NCBI GenBank assembly: GCA_964247055.1
Contig: OZ176050.1
Coordinates: 496,001 to 560,000 of the forward strand
DNA from: Paragordius varius
Taxonomy: Eukaryota > Animalia > Nematomorpha
Reading direction: 5' to 3'
DNA length: 64,000 bases
The translations under genes and the position numbers were made by a program. Shown piece after piece: positions 24,601 to 40,030 of this stretch (positions are counted from its first letter, which is position 1; every line of letters starts with the position of its first letter). The notes under the pieces are model-generated. The model was not told the DNA's origin, searched no databases, and saw only the letters and a program-made list of their open reading frames with translations.

Positions 24601-27600
24601 TTTTAAAAATAAAAATGGCTGCCTAAAATCCAAATTTGATCAGGTGATGTCACCATAATTTTTTTTAGGTAGCCCTATGGTATTTCCATCATCACCCCAA
24701 ATATTTTCGAGATCGGAGTATAAATGTAAATTTTATGAATTTTTTAAATATTTAAAAAATTTATTTTATACGATTTTAAAAATAAAAATGGCTACCTAAA
24801 ATCCAAATTTGATCAGGTGATGTCGCCATAATTTTTTTTGCGTAGTCCTATGGTAGTTCCATCATCACCCCAAATATTTTGGGGATCGGACTATAAATGT
24901 AATTTTTATGAATATTTAAAAAATTTATTTTATACGATTTTAAAAATAAAAATGGCTACCTAAAATCCAAATTTGATCAGGTGATGTCACCATAATTTTT
25001 TTTGGGTAGCCCTATGGTAGTTCCATCATCACCCCAAATATTGTCGAGATCGGAGTATAAATGTAATTTTTTTGAATTTTTTAAATATTTAAAAAATTTA
25101 TTTTATACGATTTTAAAAATAAAAATGGCTACCTAAAATCCAAATTTGATCAGGTGATGTCACCATAATTTTTTTTGCGTAGCCCTATGGTAGTTCCATC
25201 ATCACCCCAAATATTTTGGGGATCGGACTATAAATGTAATTTTTATGAATATTTAAAAAATTTATTTTATACGATTTTAAAAATAAAAATGGCTACCTAA
25301 AATCCAAATTTGATCAGGTGATGTCACCATAATTTTTTTTGCGTAGCCCTATAGTAGTTCCATCATCACCCCTTATATTTTGGGGATCGGAGTATAAATG
25401 TAATTTTTATGAATTTTTTAAATATTTAAAAAATTTATTTTATACGATTTTAAAAATAAAAATGGCTGCCTAAAATCCAAATTTGATCATGTGATGTCGC
25501 CATAATTTTTTTTAGGTAGCCCTATTCCATCATCACCCCAAATATTTTGGGGATCGGACTATAAATGTAATTTTTATGAATTTTTTAAATATTTAAAAAA
25601 TTTATTTTATACGATTTTAAAAATAAAAATGGCTACCTAAAATCCAAATTTGATCAGGTGATGTCGCCATAATTTTTTTTGGGTAGCGCTATGGTAGTTC
25701 CATCATAACCCCAAATATTTTTGAGATCGGAGTATAAATGTAATTTTTATGAATTTTTTAAATATTTAAAAAATTTATTTTATACGATTTTAAAAATAAA
25801 AATGGCTACCTAAAATCCAAATTTGATCAGGTGATGTCGCCATAATTTTTTTTGGGTAGCCCTATAGTAGTTCCATCATCACCCCAAATATTTTGGGGAT
25901 CGGAGTATAAATGTAATTTTTATGAATTTTTTAAATATTTAAAAAATTTATTTTATACGATTTTAAAAATAAAAATGGCTACCTAAAATCCAAATTTGAT
26001 CAGGTGATGTCGCCATAATTTTTTTTGCGTAGTCCTATGGTAGTTCCATCATCACCCCAAATATTTTGGGGATCGGACTATAAATGTAATTTTTATGAAT
26101 ATTTAAAAAATTTATTTTATACGATTTTAAAAATAAAAATGGCTACCTAAAATCCAAATTTGATCAGGTGATGTCACCATAATTTTTTTTGGGTAGCCCT
26201 ATGGTAGTTCCATCATCACCCCAAATATTGTCGAGATCGGAGTATAAATGTAATTTTTTTGAATTTTTTAAATATTTAAAAAATTTATTTTATACGATTT
26301 TAAAAATCAAAATGGCTACCTAAAATCCAAATTTGATCAGGTGATGTCACCATAATTTTTTTTGGGTAGCGCTATGGTAGTTCCATCATAACCCCAAATC
26401 TTTTTGAGATCGGACTTTAAATGTAATTTTTATGAATTTTTTAAATATTTAAAAAATTTATTTTATACGATTTTAAAAATAAAAATGACTACCTAAAATC
26501 CAAATTTGATCAGGTGATGTCGCCATAATTTTTTTGGGTAGCCCTATGGTAGTTCCATCATAACCCCAAATATTTTTGAGATCGGAGTTTAAATGTAATT
26601 TTTATGAATTTTTTAAATATTTAAAAAATTTATTTTATACGATTTTAAAAATAAAAATGGCTACCTAAAATCCAAATTTGATCAGGTGATGTCACCATAA
26701 TTTTTTTTGGGTAGCCCTATGGTAGTTCCATCATCACCCCAAATATTTTCGAGATCGGAGTATAAATGTAATTTTTATGAATTTTTTAAATATTTAAAAA
26801 ATTTATTTTATACGATTTTAAAAATAAAAATGGCTACCTAAAATCCAAATTTGATCAGGTGATGTCACCATAATTTTTTTTGGGTAGCCCTATAGTAGTT
26901 CCATCATCACCCCAAATATTTTCGAGATCGGAGTATAAATGTAATTTTTATGAATTTTTTAAATATTTAAAAAATTTATTTTATACGATTTTAAAAATAA
27001 AAATGGCTACCTAAAATCCAAATTTGATCAGGTGATGTCGCCACAATTTTTTTTGGGTAGCCCTATGGTAGTTCCATCATCACCCCAAATATTTTCGAGA
27101 TCGGAGTATAAATGTAATTTTTATGAATTTTTTAAATATTTAAAAAATTTATTTTATACGATTTTAAAAATAAAAATGGCTACCTAAAATCCAAATTTGA
27201 TCAGGTGATGTCGCCACAATTTTTTTTGGGTAGCCCTATGGTAGTTCCATCATCACCCCAAATATTTTCGAGATCGGAGTATAAATGTAATTTTTATGAA
27301 TTTTTTAAATATTTAAAAAATTTATTTTATACGATTTTAAAAATAAAAATGGCTACCTAAAATCCAAATTTGATCAGGTGATGTCACCATAATTTTTTTT
27401 GGGTAGCCCTATGGTAGTTCCATCATCACCCCAAATATTTTCGAGATCGGAGTATAAATGTAATTTTTATGAATTTTTTAAATATTTAAAAAATTTATTT
27501 TATACGATTTTAAAAATAAAAATGGCTACCTAAAATCCAAATTTGATCAGGTGATGTCACCATAATTTTTTTTGGATAGCCCTATGGTAGTTCCATCATC

Positions 27601-28119
27601 ACCCCAAATATTGTCGAGATCGGAGTATAAATGTAATTTTTTTGAATTTTTTAAATATTTAAAAAATTTATTTTATACGATTTTAAAAATCAAAATGGCT
27701 ACCTAAAATCCAAATTTGATCAGGTGATGTCACCATAATTTTTTTTGGGTAGCGCTATGGTAGTTCCATCATAACCCCAAATCTTTTTGAGATCGGACTT
27801 TAAATGTAATTTTTATGAATTTTTTAAATATTTAAAAAATTTATTTTATACGATTTTAAAAATAAAAATGACTACCTAAAATCCAAATTTGATCAGGTGA
27901 TGTCGCCATAATTTTTTTGGGTAGCCCTATGGTAGTTCCATCATAACCCCAAATATTTTTGAGATCGGACTTTAAATGTAATTTTTATGAATTTTTTAAA
28001 TATTTAAAAAATTTATTTTATACGATTTTAAAAATAAAAATGGCTACCTAAAATCCAAATTTGATCAGGTGATGTCACCATAATTTTTTTTGGGTAGCCC
28101 TATGGTAGTTCCATCATCA
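20804..28119 (+). repeat. Tandem duplication of a 21-monomer, 3579-bp unit containing an internal 8-mer (1383 bp)
   Basis: The 19-bp deletion lies at 20962/24541, and the aaaatcaaaa marker at 22729/26308 and 24112/27691 (all +3579). The 22729-24112 and 26308-27691 spacings are 1383. Confidence 0.85.
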
Positions 28120-28389
28120 CCCCAAATATTTTCGAGATCGGAGTATAAATGTAATTTTTATGAATTTTTTAAATATTTAAAAAATTTATTTTATACGATT
28201 TTAAAAATAAAAATGGCTACCTAAAATCCAAATTTGATCAGGTGATGTCACCATAATTTTTTTTGGGTAGCCCTATGGTAGTTCCATCATCACCCCAAAT
28301 ATTTTCGAGATCGGAGTATAAATGTAATTTTTATGAATTTTTTAAATATTTAAAAAATTTATTTTATACGATTTTAAAAATAAAAATGG

Positions 28390-31300
28390 CTACCTAAAAT
28401 CCAAATTTGATCAGGTGATGTCACCATAATTTTTTTTGGGTAGCCCTATGGTAGTTCCATCATCACCCCAAATATTGTCGAGATCGGAGTATAAATGTAA
28501 TTTTTTTGAATTTTTTAAATATTTAAAAAATTTATTTTATACGATTTTAAAAATAAAAATGGCTACCTAAAATCCAAATTTGATCAGGTGATGTCACCAT
28601 AATTTTTTTTGCGTAGCCCTATGGTAGTTCCATCATCACCCCAAATATTTTGGGGATCGGACTATAAATGTAATTTTTATGAATTTTTTAAATATTTAAA
28701 AAATTTATTTTATACGATTTTAAAAATAAAAATGGCTACCTAAAATCCAAATTTGATCAGGTGATGTCGCCATAATTTTTTTTGGGTAGCGCTATGGTAG
28801 TTCCATCATAACCCCAAATATTTTTGAGATCGGACTTTAAATGTAATTTTTATGAATTTTTTAAATATTTAAAAAATTTATTTTATACGATTTTAAAAAT
28901 AAAAATGGCTACCTAAAATCCAAATTTGATCAGGTGATGTCGCCCTAATTTTTTTTGCGTAGTCCTATGGTAGTTCCATCATCACCCCAAATATTTTGGG
29001 GATCGGACTATAAATGTAATTTTTATGAATATTTAAAAAATTTATTTTATACGATTTTAAAAATAAAAATGGCTACCTAAAATCCAAATTTGATCAGGTG
29101 ATGTCACCATAATTTTTTTTGCGTAGCCCTATAATAGTTCCATCATCACCCCCTATATTTTGGGGATCGGAGTATAAATGTAATTTTTATGAATTTTTTA
29201 AATATTTAAAAAATTTATTTTATACGATTTTAAAAATAAAAATGGCTGCCTAAAATCCAAATTTGATCATGTGATGTCGCCATAATTTTTTTTAGGTAGC
29301 CCTATTCCATCATCACCCCAAATATTTTGGGGATCGGACTATAAATGTAATTTTTATGAATTTTTTAAATATTTAAAAAATTTATTTTATACGATTTTAA
29401 AAATAAAAATGGCTACCTAAAATCCAAATTTGATCAGGTGATGTCGCCATAATTTTTTTTGGGTAGCGCTATGGTAGTTCCATCATAACCCCAAATATTT
29501 TTGAGATCGGACTTTAAATGTAATTTTTATGAATTTTTTAAATATTTAAAAAATTTATTTTATACGATTTTAAAAATAAAAATGGCTACCTAAAATCCAA
29601 ATTTGATCAGGTGATGTCGCCATAATTTTTTTTGGGTAGCCCTATAGTAGTTCCATCATCACCCCAAATATTTTGGGGATCGGAGTATAAATGTAATTTT
29701 TATGAATTTTTTAAATATTTAAAAAATTTATTTTATACGATTTTAAAAATAAAAATGGCTACCTAAAATCCAAATTTGATCAGGTGATGTCGCCATAATT
29801 TTTTTTGCGTAGTCCTATGGTAGTTCCATCATCACCCCAAATATTTTGGGGATCGGACTATAAATGTAATTTTTATGAATTTTTTAAATATTTAAAAAAT
29901 TTATTTTATACGATTTTAAAAATAAAAATGGCTACCTAAAATCCAAATTTGATCAGGTGATGTCGCCATAATTTTTTTTGGGTAGCGCTATGGTAGTTCC
30001 ATCATAACCCCAAATATTTTTGAGATCGGACTTTAAATGTAATTTTTATGAATTTTTTAAATATTTAAAAAATTTATTTTATACGATTTTAAAAATAAAA
30101 ATGGCTACCTAAAATCCAAATTTGATCAGGTGATGTCACCATAATTTTTTTTGGGTAGCCCTATGGTAGTTCCATCATCACCCCAAATATTTTCGAGATC
30201 GGAGTATAAATGTAATTTTTATGAATTTTTTAAATATTTAAAAAATTTATTTTATACGATTTTAAAAATAAAAATGGCTACCTAAAATCCAAATTTGATC
30301 AGGTGATGTCGCCATAATTTTTTTTGGGTAGCCCTATAGTAGTTCCATCATCACCCCCTATATTTTGGGGATCGGAGTATAAATGTAATTTTTATGAATT
30401 TTTTAAATATTTAAAAAATTTATTTTATACGATTTTAAAAATAAAAATGGCTGCCTAAAATCCAAATTTGATCATGTGATGTCGCCATAATTTTTTTTAG
30501 GTAGCCCTATTCCATCATCACCCCAAATATTTTGGGGATCGGACTATAAATCTAATTTTTATGAATTTTTTAAATATTTAAAAAATTTATTTTATACGAT
30601 TTTAAAAATAAAAATGGCTACCTAAAATCCAAATTTGATCAGGTGATGTCGCCATAATTTTTTTTGGGTAGCGCTATGGTAGTTCCATCATAACCCCAAA
30701 TATTTTTGAGATCGGACTTTAAATGTAATTTTTATGAATTTTTTAAATATTTAAAAAATTTATTTTATACGATTTTAAAAATAAAAATGGCTACCTAAAA
30801 TCCAAATTTGATCAGGTGATGTCGCCATAATTTTTTTTGGGTAGCCCTATGGTAGTTCCATCATCACCCCAAATATTTTAGGGATCGGACTATAAATGTA
30901 ATTTTTATGAATTTTTTAAATATTTAAAAAATTTATTTTATACGATTTTAAAAATAAAAATGGCTACCTAAAATCCAAATTTGATCACGTGATGTCACCA
31001 TAATTTTTTTTGGGTAGCCCTATGGTAGTTTCATCATCACCCCAAATATTTTGGGGATCGGACTATAAATGTAATTTTTATGAATTTTTTAAATATTTAA
31101 AAAATTTATTTTATACGATTTTAAAAATAAAAATGGCTACCTAAAATCCAAATTTGATCAGGTGATGTCGCCATAATTTTTTTTGGGTAGCGCTATGGTA
31201 GTTCCATCATAACCCCAAATATTTTTGAGATCGGACTTTAAATGTAATTTTTATGAATTTTTTAAATATTTAAAAAATTTATTTTATACGATTTTAAAAA

Positions 31301-32670
31301 TAAAAATGGCTACCTAAAATCCAAATTTGATCAGGTGATGTCGCCCTAATTTTTTTTGCGTAGTCCTATGGTAGTTCCATCATCACCCCAAATATTTTGG
31401 GGATCGGACTATAAATGTAATTTTTATGAATATTTAAAAAATTTATTTTATACGATTTTAAAAATAAAAATGGCTACCTAAAATCCAAATTTGATCAGGT
31501 GATGTCACCATAATTTTTTTTGCGTAGCCCTATAGTAGTTCCATCATCACCCCCTATATTTTGGGGATCGGAGTATAAATGTAATTTTTATGAATTTTTT
31601 AAATATTTAAAAAATTTATTTTATACGATTTTAAAAATAAAAATGGCTGCCTAAAATCCAAATTTGATCATGTGATGTCGCCATAATTTTTTTTAGGTAG
31701 CCCTATTCCATCATCACCCCAAATATTTTGGGGATCGGACTATAAATGTAATTTTTATGAATTTTTTAAATATTTAAAAAATTTATTTTATACGATTTTA
31801 AAAATAAAAATGGCTACCTAAAATCCAAATTTGATCAGGTGATGTCGCCATAATTTTTTTTGGGTAGCGCTATGGTAGTTCCATCATAACCCCAAATATT
31901 TTTGAGATCGGACTTTAAATGTAATTTTTATGAATTTTTTAAATATTTAAAAAATTTATTTTATACGATTTTAAAAATAAAAATGGCTACCTAAAATCCA
32001 AATTTGATCAGGTGATGTCACCATAATTTTTTTTGGGTAGCCCTATGGTAGTTCCATCATCACCCCAAATATTTTCGAGATCGGAGTATAAATGTAATTT
32101 TTATGAATTTTTTAAATATTTAAAAAATTTATTTTATACGATTTTAAAAATAAAAATGGCTACCTAAAATCCAAATTTGATCAGGTGATGTCGCCATAAT
32201 TTTTTTTGGGTAGCCCTATAGTAGTTCCATCATCACCCCCTATATTTTGGGGATCGGAGTATAAATGTAATTTTTATGAATTTTTTAAATATTTAAAAAA
32301 TTTATTTTATACGATTTTAAAAATAAAAATGGCTGCCTAAAATCCAAATTTGATCATGTGATGTCGCCATAATTTTTTTTAGGTAGCCCTATTCCATCAT
32401 CACCCCAAATATTTTGGGGATCGGACTATAAATGTAATTTTTATGAATTTTTTAAATATTTAAAAAATTTATTTTATACGATTTTAAAAATAAAAATGGC
32501 TACCTAAAATCCAAATTTGATCAGGTGATGTCGCCATAATTTTTTTTGGGTAGCGCTATGGTAGTTCCATCATAACCCCAAATATTTTTGAGATCGGACT
32601 TTAAATGTAATTTTTATGAATTTTTTAAATATTTAAAAAATTTATTTTATACGATTTTAAAAATAAAAAT
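28390..32670 (+). repeat. Rearranged further copies of the central HOR block (14-mer spacing 2401 bp; 4-mer spacing 686 bp)
   Basis: The gccctaa marker lies at 28945 and 31346, and the ccccctata marker at 31555 and 32241. Monomer order matches 11.2-14.1 kb minus one monomer. Confidence 0.75.
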
Positions 32671-35600
32671 GGCTACCTAAAATCCAAATTTGATCACGTG
32701 ATGTCACCATAATTTTTTTTGGGTAGCCCTATGGTAGTTTCATCATCACCCCAAATATTTTGGGGATCGGACTATAAATGTAATTTTTATGAATTTTTTA
32801 AATATTTAAAAAATTTATTTTATACGATTAAAATAAAAATGGCTACCTAAAATCCAAATTTTATCAGGTGATGTCACCATAATTTTTTTTGGGTAGCTCT
32901 ATGGTAGTTCCATCATCACGGAGTATAAATGTAATTTTTATGAATTTTTTAAATATTTAAAAAATTTATTTTATACGATTTTAAAAATAAAAATGGCTGC
33001 CTAAAATCCAAATTTGATCAGGTGATGTCACCATAATTTTTTTTAGGTAGCCCTATGGTATTTCCATCATCACCCCAAATATTTTCGAGATCGGAGTATA
33101 AATGTAATTTTTATGAATTTTTTAAATATTTAAAAAATTTATTTTATACGATTTTAAAAATAAAAATGGCTACCTAAAATCCAAATTTGATCAGGTGATG
33201 TCACCATAATTTTTTTTAGGTAGCCCTATGGTATTTCCATCATCACCCCAAATATTTTCGAGATCGGAGTATAAATGTAATTTTTATGAATTTTTTAAAT
33301 ATTTAAAAAATTTATTTTATACGATTTTAAAAATAAAAATGGCTACCTAAAATCCAAATTTGATCAGGTGATGTCGCCATAATTTTTTTTGCGTAGTCCT
33401 ATGGTAGTTCCATCATCACCCCAAATATTTTGGGGATCGGACTATAAATGTAATTTTTATGAATATTTAAAAAATTTATTTTATACGATTTTAAAAATAA
33501 AAATGGCTACCTAAAATCCAAATTTGATCAGGTGATGTCACCATAATTTTTTTTGGGTAGCCCTATGGTAGTTCCATCATCACCCCAAATATTGTCGAGA
33601 TCGGAGTATAAATGTAATTTTTTTGAATTTTTTAAATATTTAAAAAATTTATTTTATACGATTTTAAAAATAAAAATGGCTACCTAAAATCCAAATTTGA
33701 TCAGGTGATGTCACCATAATTTTTTTTGCGTAGCCCTATGGTAGTTCCATCATCACCCCAAATATTTTGGGGATCGGACTATAAATGTAATTTTTATGAA
33801 TTTTTTAAATATTTAAAAAATTTATTTTATACGATTTTAAAAATAAAAATGGCTACCTAAAATCCAAATTTGATCAGGTGATGTCGCCATAATTTTTTTT
33901 GGGTAGCGCTATGGTAGTTCCATCATAACCCCAAATATTTTTGAGATCGGACTTTAAATGTAATTTTTATGAATTTTTTAAATATTTAAAAAATTTATTT
34001 TATACGATTTTAAAAATAAAAATGGCTACCTAAAATCCAAATTTGATCAGGTGATGTCACCATAATTTTTTTGGGTAGCCCTATGGTAGTTCCATCATCA
34101 CGGAGTATAAATGTAATTTTTATGAATTTTTTAAATATTTAAAAAATTTATTTTATACGATTTTAAAAATAAAAATGGCTGCCTAAAATCCAAATTTGAT
34201 CAGGTGATGTCACCATAATTTTTTTTAGGTAGCCCTATGGTATTTCCATCATCACCCCAAATATTTTCGAGATCGGAGTATAAATGTAAATTTTATGAAT
34301 TTTTTAAATATTTAAAAAATTTATTTTATACGATTTTAAAAATAAAAATGGCTACCTAAAATCCAAATTTGATCAGGTGATGTCGCCATAATTTTTTTTG
34401 CGTAGTCCTATGGTAGTTCCATCATCACCCCAAATATTTTGGGGATCGGACTATAAATGTAATTTTTATGAATATTTAAAAAATTTATTTTATACGATTT
34501 TAAAAATAAAAATGGCTACCTAAAATCCAAATTTGATCAGGTGATGTCACCATAATTTTTTTTGGGTAGCCCTATGGTAGTTCCATCATCACCCCAAATA
34601 TTGTCGAGATCGGAGTATAAATGTAATTTTTTTGAATTTTTTAAATATTTAAAAAATTTATTTTATACGATTTTAAAAATAAAAATGGCTACCTAAAATC
34701 CAAATTTGATCAGGTGATGTCACCATAATTTTTTTTGCGTAGCCCTATGGTAGTTCCATCATCACCCCAAATATTTTGGGGATCGGACTATAAATGTAAT
34801 TTTTATGAATATTTAAAAAATTTATTTTATACGATTTTAAAAATAAAAATGGCTACCTAAAATCCAAATTTGATCAGGTGATGTCACCATAATTTTTTTT
34901 GCGTAGCCCTATAGTAGTTCCATCATCACCCCTTATATTTTGGGGATCGGAGTATAAATGTAATTTTTATGAATTTTTTAAATATTTAAAAAATTTATTT
35001 TATACGATTTTAAAAATAAAAATGGCTGCCTAAAATCCAAATTTGATCATGTGATGTCGCCATAATTTTTTTTAGGTAGCCCTATTCCATCATCACCCCA
35101 AATATTTTGGGGATCGGACTATAAATGTAATTTTTATGAATTTTTTAAATATTTAAAAAATTTATTTTATACGATTTTAAAAATAAAAATGGCTACCTAA
35201 AATCCAAATTTGATCAGGTGATGTCGCCATAATTTTTTTTGGGTAGCGCTATGGTAGTTCCATCATAACCCCAAATATTTTTGAGATCGGAGTATAAATG
35301 TAATTTTTATGAATTTTTTAAATATTTAAAAAATTTATTTTATACGATTTTAAAAATAAAAATGGCTACCTAAAATCCAAATTTGATCAGGTGATGTCGC
35401 CATAATTTTTTTTGGGTAGCCCTATAGTAGTTCCATCATCACCCCAAATATTTTGGGGATCGGAGTATAAATGTAATTTTTATGAATTTTTTAAATATTT
35501 AAAAAATTTATTTTATACGATTTTAAAAATAAAAATGGCTACCTAAAATCCAAATTTGATCAGGTGATGTCGCCATAATTTTTTTTGCGTAGTCCTATGG

Positions 35601-38600
35601 TAGTTCCATCATCACCCCAAATATTTTGGGGATCGGACTATAAATGTAATTTTTATGAATATTTAAAAAATTTATTTTATACGATTTTAAAAATAAAAAT
35701 GGCTACCTAAAATCCAAATTTGATCAGGTGATGTCACCATAATTTTTTTTGGGTAGCCCTATGGTAGTTCCATCATCACCCCAAATATTGTCGAGATCGG
35801 AGTATAAATGTAATTTTTATGAATTTTTTAAATATTTAAAAAATTTATTTTATACGATTTTAAAAATAAAAATGGCTACCTAAAATCCAAATTTGATCAG
35901 GTGATGTCACCATAATTTTTTTTGCGTAGCCCTATAGTAGTTCCATCATCACCCCTTATATTTTGGGGATCGGAGTATAAATGTAATTTTTATGAATTTT
36001 TTAAATATTTAAAAAATTTATTTTATACGATTTTAAAAATAAAAATGGCTGCCTAAAATCCAAATTTGATCATGTGATGTCGCCATAATTTTTTTTAGGT
36101 AGCCCTATTCCATCATCACCCCAAATATTTTGGGGATCGGACTATAAATGTAATTTTTATGAATTTTTTAAATATTAAAAAAATTTATTTTATACGATTT
36201 TAAAAATAAAAATGGCTACCTAAAATCCAAATTTGATCAGGTGATGTCGCCATAATTTTTTTTGGGTAGCGCTATGGTAGTTCCATCATAACCCCAAATA
36301 TTTTTGAGATCGGACTTTAAATGTAATTTTTATGAATTTTTTAAATATTTAAAAAATTTATTTTATACGATTTTAAAAATAAAAATGGCTACCTAAAATC
36401 CAAATTTGATCACGTGATGTCACCATAATTTTTTTTGGGTAGCCCTATGGTAGTTTCATCATCACCCCAAATATTTTGGGGATCGGACTATAAATGTAAT
36501 TTTTATGAATTTTTTAAATATTTAAAAAATTTATTTTATACGATTAAAATAAAAATGGCTACCTAAAATCCAAATTTTATCAGGTGATGTCACCATAATT
36601 TTTTTTGGGTAGCTCTATGGTAGTTCCATCATCACGGAGTATAAATGTAATTTTTATGAATTTTTTAAATATTTAAAAAATTTATTTTATACGATTTTAA
36701 AAATAAAAATGGCTGCCTAAAATCCAAATTTGATCAGGTGATGTCACCATAATTTTTTTTAGGTAGCCCTATGGTATTTCCATCATCACCCCAAATATTT
36801 TCGAGATCGGAGTATAAATGTAATTTTTATGAATTTTTTAAATATTTAAAAAATTTATTTTATACGATTTTAAAAATAAAAATGGCTACCTAAAATCCAA
36901 ATTTGATCAGGTGATGTCACCATAATTTTTTTTAGGTAGCCCTATGGTATTTCCATCATCACCCCAAATATTTTCGAGATCGGAGTATAAATGTAATTTT
37001 TATGAATTTTTTAAATATTTAAAAAATTTATTTTATACGATTTTAAAAATAAAAATGGCTACCTAAAATCCAAATTTGATCAGGTGATGTCGCCATAATT
37101 TTTTTTGCGTAGTCCTATGGTAGTTCCATCATCACCCCAAATATTTTGGGGATCGGACTATAAATGTAATTTTTATGAATATTTAAAAAATTTATTTTAT
37201 ACGATTTTAAAAATAAAAATGGCTACCTAAAATCCAAATTTGATCAGGTGATGTCACCATAATTTTTTTTGGGTAGCCCTATGGTAGTTCCATCATCACC
37301 CCAAATATTGTCGAGATCGGAGTATAAATGTAATTTTTTTGAATTTTTTAAATATTTAAAAAATTTATTTTATACGATTTTAAAAATAAAAATGGCTACC
37401 TAAAATCCAAATTTGATCAGGTGATGTCACCATAATTTTTTTTGCGTAGCCCTATGGTAGTTCCATCATCACCCCAAATATTTTGGGGATCGGACTATAA
37501 ATGTAATTTTTATGAATTTTTTAAATATTTAAAAAATTTATTTTATACGATTTTAAAAATAAAAATGGCTACCTAAAATCCAAATTTGATCAGGTGATGT
37601 CGCCATAATTTTTTTTGGGTAGCGCTATGGTAGTTCCATCATAACCCCAAATATTTTTGAGATCGGACTTTAAATGTAATTTTTATGAATTTTTTAAATA
37701 TTTAAAAAATTTATTTTATACGATTTTAAAAATAAAAATGGCTACCTAAAATCCAAATTTGATCAGGTGATGTCACCATAATTTTTTTGGGTAGCCCTAT
37801 GGTAGTTCCATCATCACGGAGTATAAATGTAATTTTTATGAATTTTTTAAATATTTAAAAAATTTATTTTATACGATTTTAAAAATAAAAATGGCTGCCT
37901 AAAATCCAAATTTGATCAGGTGATGTCACCATAATTTTTTTTAGGTAGCCCTATGGTATTTCCATCATCACCCCAAATATTTTCGAGATCGGAGTATAAA
38001 TGTAAATTTTATGAATTTTTTAAATATTTAAAAAATTTATTTTATACGATTTTAAAAATAAAAATGGCTACCTAAAATCCAAATTTGATCAGGTGATGTC
38101 GCCATAATTTTTTTTGCGTAGTCCTATGGTAGTTCCATCATCACCCCAAATATTTTGGGGATCGGACTATAAATGTAATTTTTATGAATATTTAAAAAAT
38201 TTATTTTATACGATTTTAAAAATAAAAATGGCTACCTAAAATCCAAATTTGATCAGGTGATGTCACCATAATTTTTTTTGGGTAGCCCTATGGTAGTTCC
38301 ATCATCACCCCAAATATTGTCGAGATCGGAGTATAAATGTAATTTTTTTGAATTTTTTAAATATTTAAAAAATTTATTTTATACGATTTTAAAAATAAAA
38401 ATGGCTACCTAAAATCCAAATTTGATCAGGTGATGTCACCATAATTTTTTTTGCGTAGCCCTATGGTAGTTCCATCATCACCCCAAATATTTTGGGGATC
38501 GGACTATAAATGTAATTTTTATGAATATTTAAAAAATTTATTTTATACGATTTTAAAAATAAAAATGGCTACCTAAAATCCAAATTTGATCAGGTGATGT

Positions 38601-40030
38601 CACCATAATTTTTTTTGCGTAGCCCTATAGTAGTTCCATCATCACCCCTTATATTTTGGGGATCGGAGTATAAATGTAATTTTTATGAATTTTTTAAATA
38701 TTTAAAAAATTTATTTTATACGATTTTAAAAATAAAAATGGCTGCCTAAAATCCAAATTTGATCATGTGATGTCGCCATAATTTTTTTTAGGTAGCCCTA
38801 TTCCATCATCACCCCAAATATTTTGGGGATCGGACTATAAATGTAATTTTTATGAATTTTTTAAATATTTAAAAAATTTATTTTATACGATTTTAAAAAT
38901 AAAAATGGCTACCTAAAATCCAAATTTGATCAGGTGATGTCGCCATAATTTTTTTTGGGTAGCGCTATGGTAGTTCCATCATAACCCCAAATATTTTTGA
39001 GATCGGAGTATAAATGTAATTTTTATGAATTTTTTAAATATTTAAAAAATTTATTTTATACGATTTTAAAAATAAAAATGGCTACCTAAAATCCAAATTT
39101 GATCAGGTGATGTCGCCATAATTTTTTTTGGGTAGCCCTATAGTAGTTCCATCATCACCCCAAATATTTTGGGGATCGGAGTATAAATGTAATTTTTATG
39201 AATTTTTTAAATATTTAAAAAATTTATTTTATACGATTTTAAAAATAAAAATGGCTACCTAAAATCCAAATTTGATCAGGTGATGTCGCCATAATTTTTT
39301 TTGCGTAGTCCTATGGTAGTTCCATCATCACCCCAAATATTTTGGGGATCGGACTATAAATGTAATTTTTATGAATATTTAAAAAATTTATTTTATACGA
39401 TTTTAAAAATAAAAATGGCTACCTAAAATCCAAATTTGATCAGGTGATGTCACCATAATTTTTTTTGGGTAGCCCTATGGTAGTTCCATCATCACCCCAA
39501 ATATTGTCGAGATCGGAGTATAAATGTAATTTTTATGAATTTTTTAAATATTTAAAAAATTTATTTTATACGATTTTAAAAATAAAAATGGCTACCTAAA
39601 ATCCAAATTTGATCAGGTGATGTCACCATAATTTTTTTTGCGTAGCCCTATAGTAGTTCCATCATCACCCCTTATATTTTGGGGATCGGAGTATAAATGT
39701 AATTTTTATGAATTTTTTAAATATTTAAAAAATTTATTTTATACGATTTTAAAAATAAAAATGGCTGCCTAAAATCCAAATTTGATCATGTGATGTCGCC
39801 ATAATTTTTTTTAGGTAGCCCTATTCCATCATCACCCCAAATATTTTGGGGATCGGACTATAAATGTAATTTTTATGAATTTTTTAAATATTAAAAAAAT
39901 TTATTTTATACGATTTTAAAAATAAAAATGGCTACCTAAAATCCAAATTTGATCAGGTGATGTCGCCATAATTTTTTTTGGGTAGCGCTATGGTAGTTCC
40001 ATCATAACCCCAAATATTTTTGAGATCGGA
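32462..40030 (+). repeat. Tandem duplication of a 22-monomer, 3716-bp unit
   Basis: cacgtg 32697/36413, the 19-bp deletion 32919/36635 and 34101/37817, and aatattaaaaaaa 36177/39893 are all +3716. 22x173 - 90 = 3716. Confidence 0.87.
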
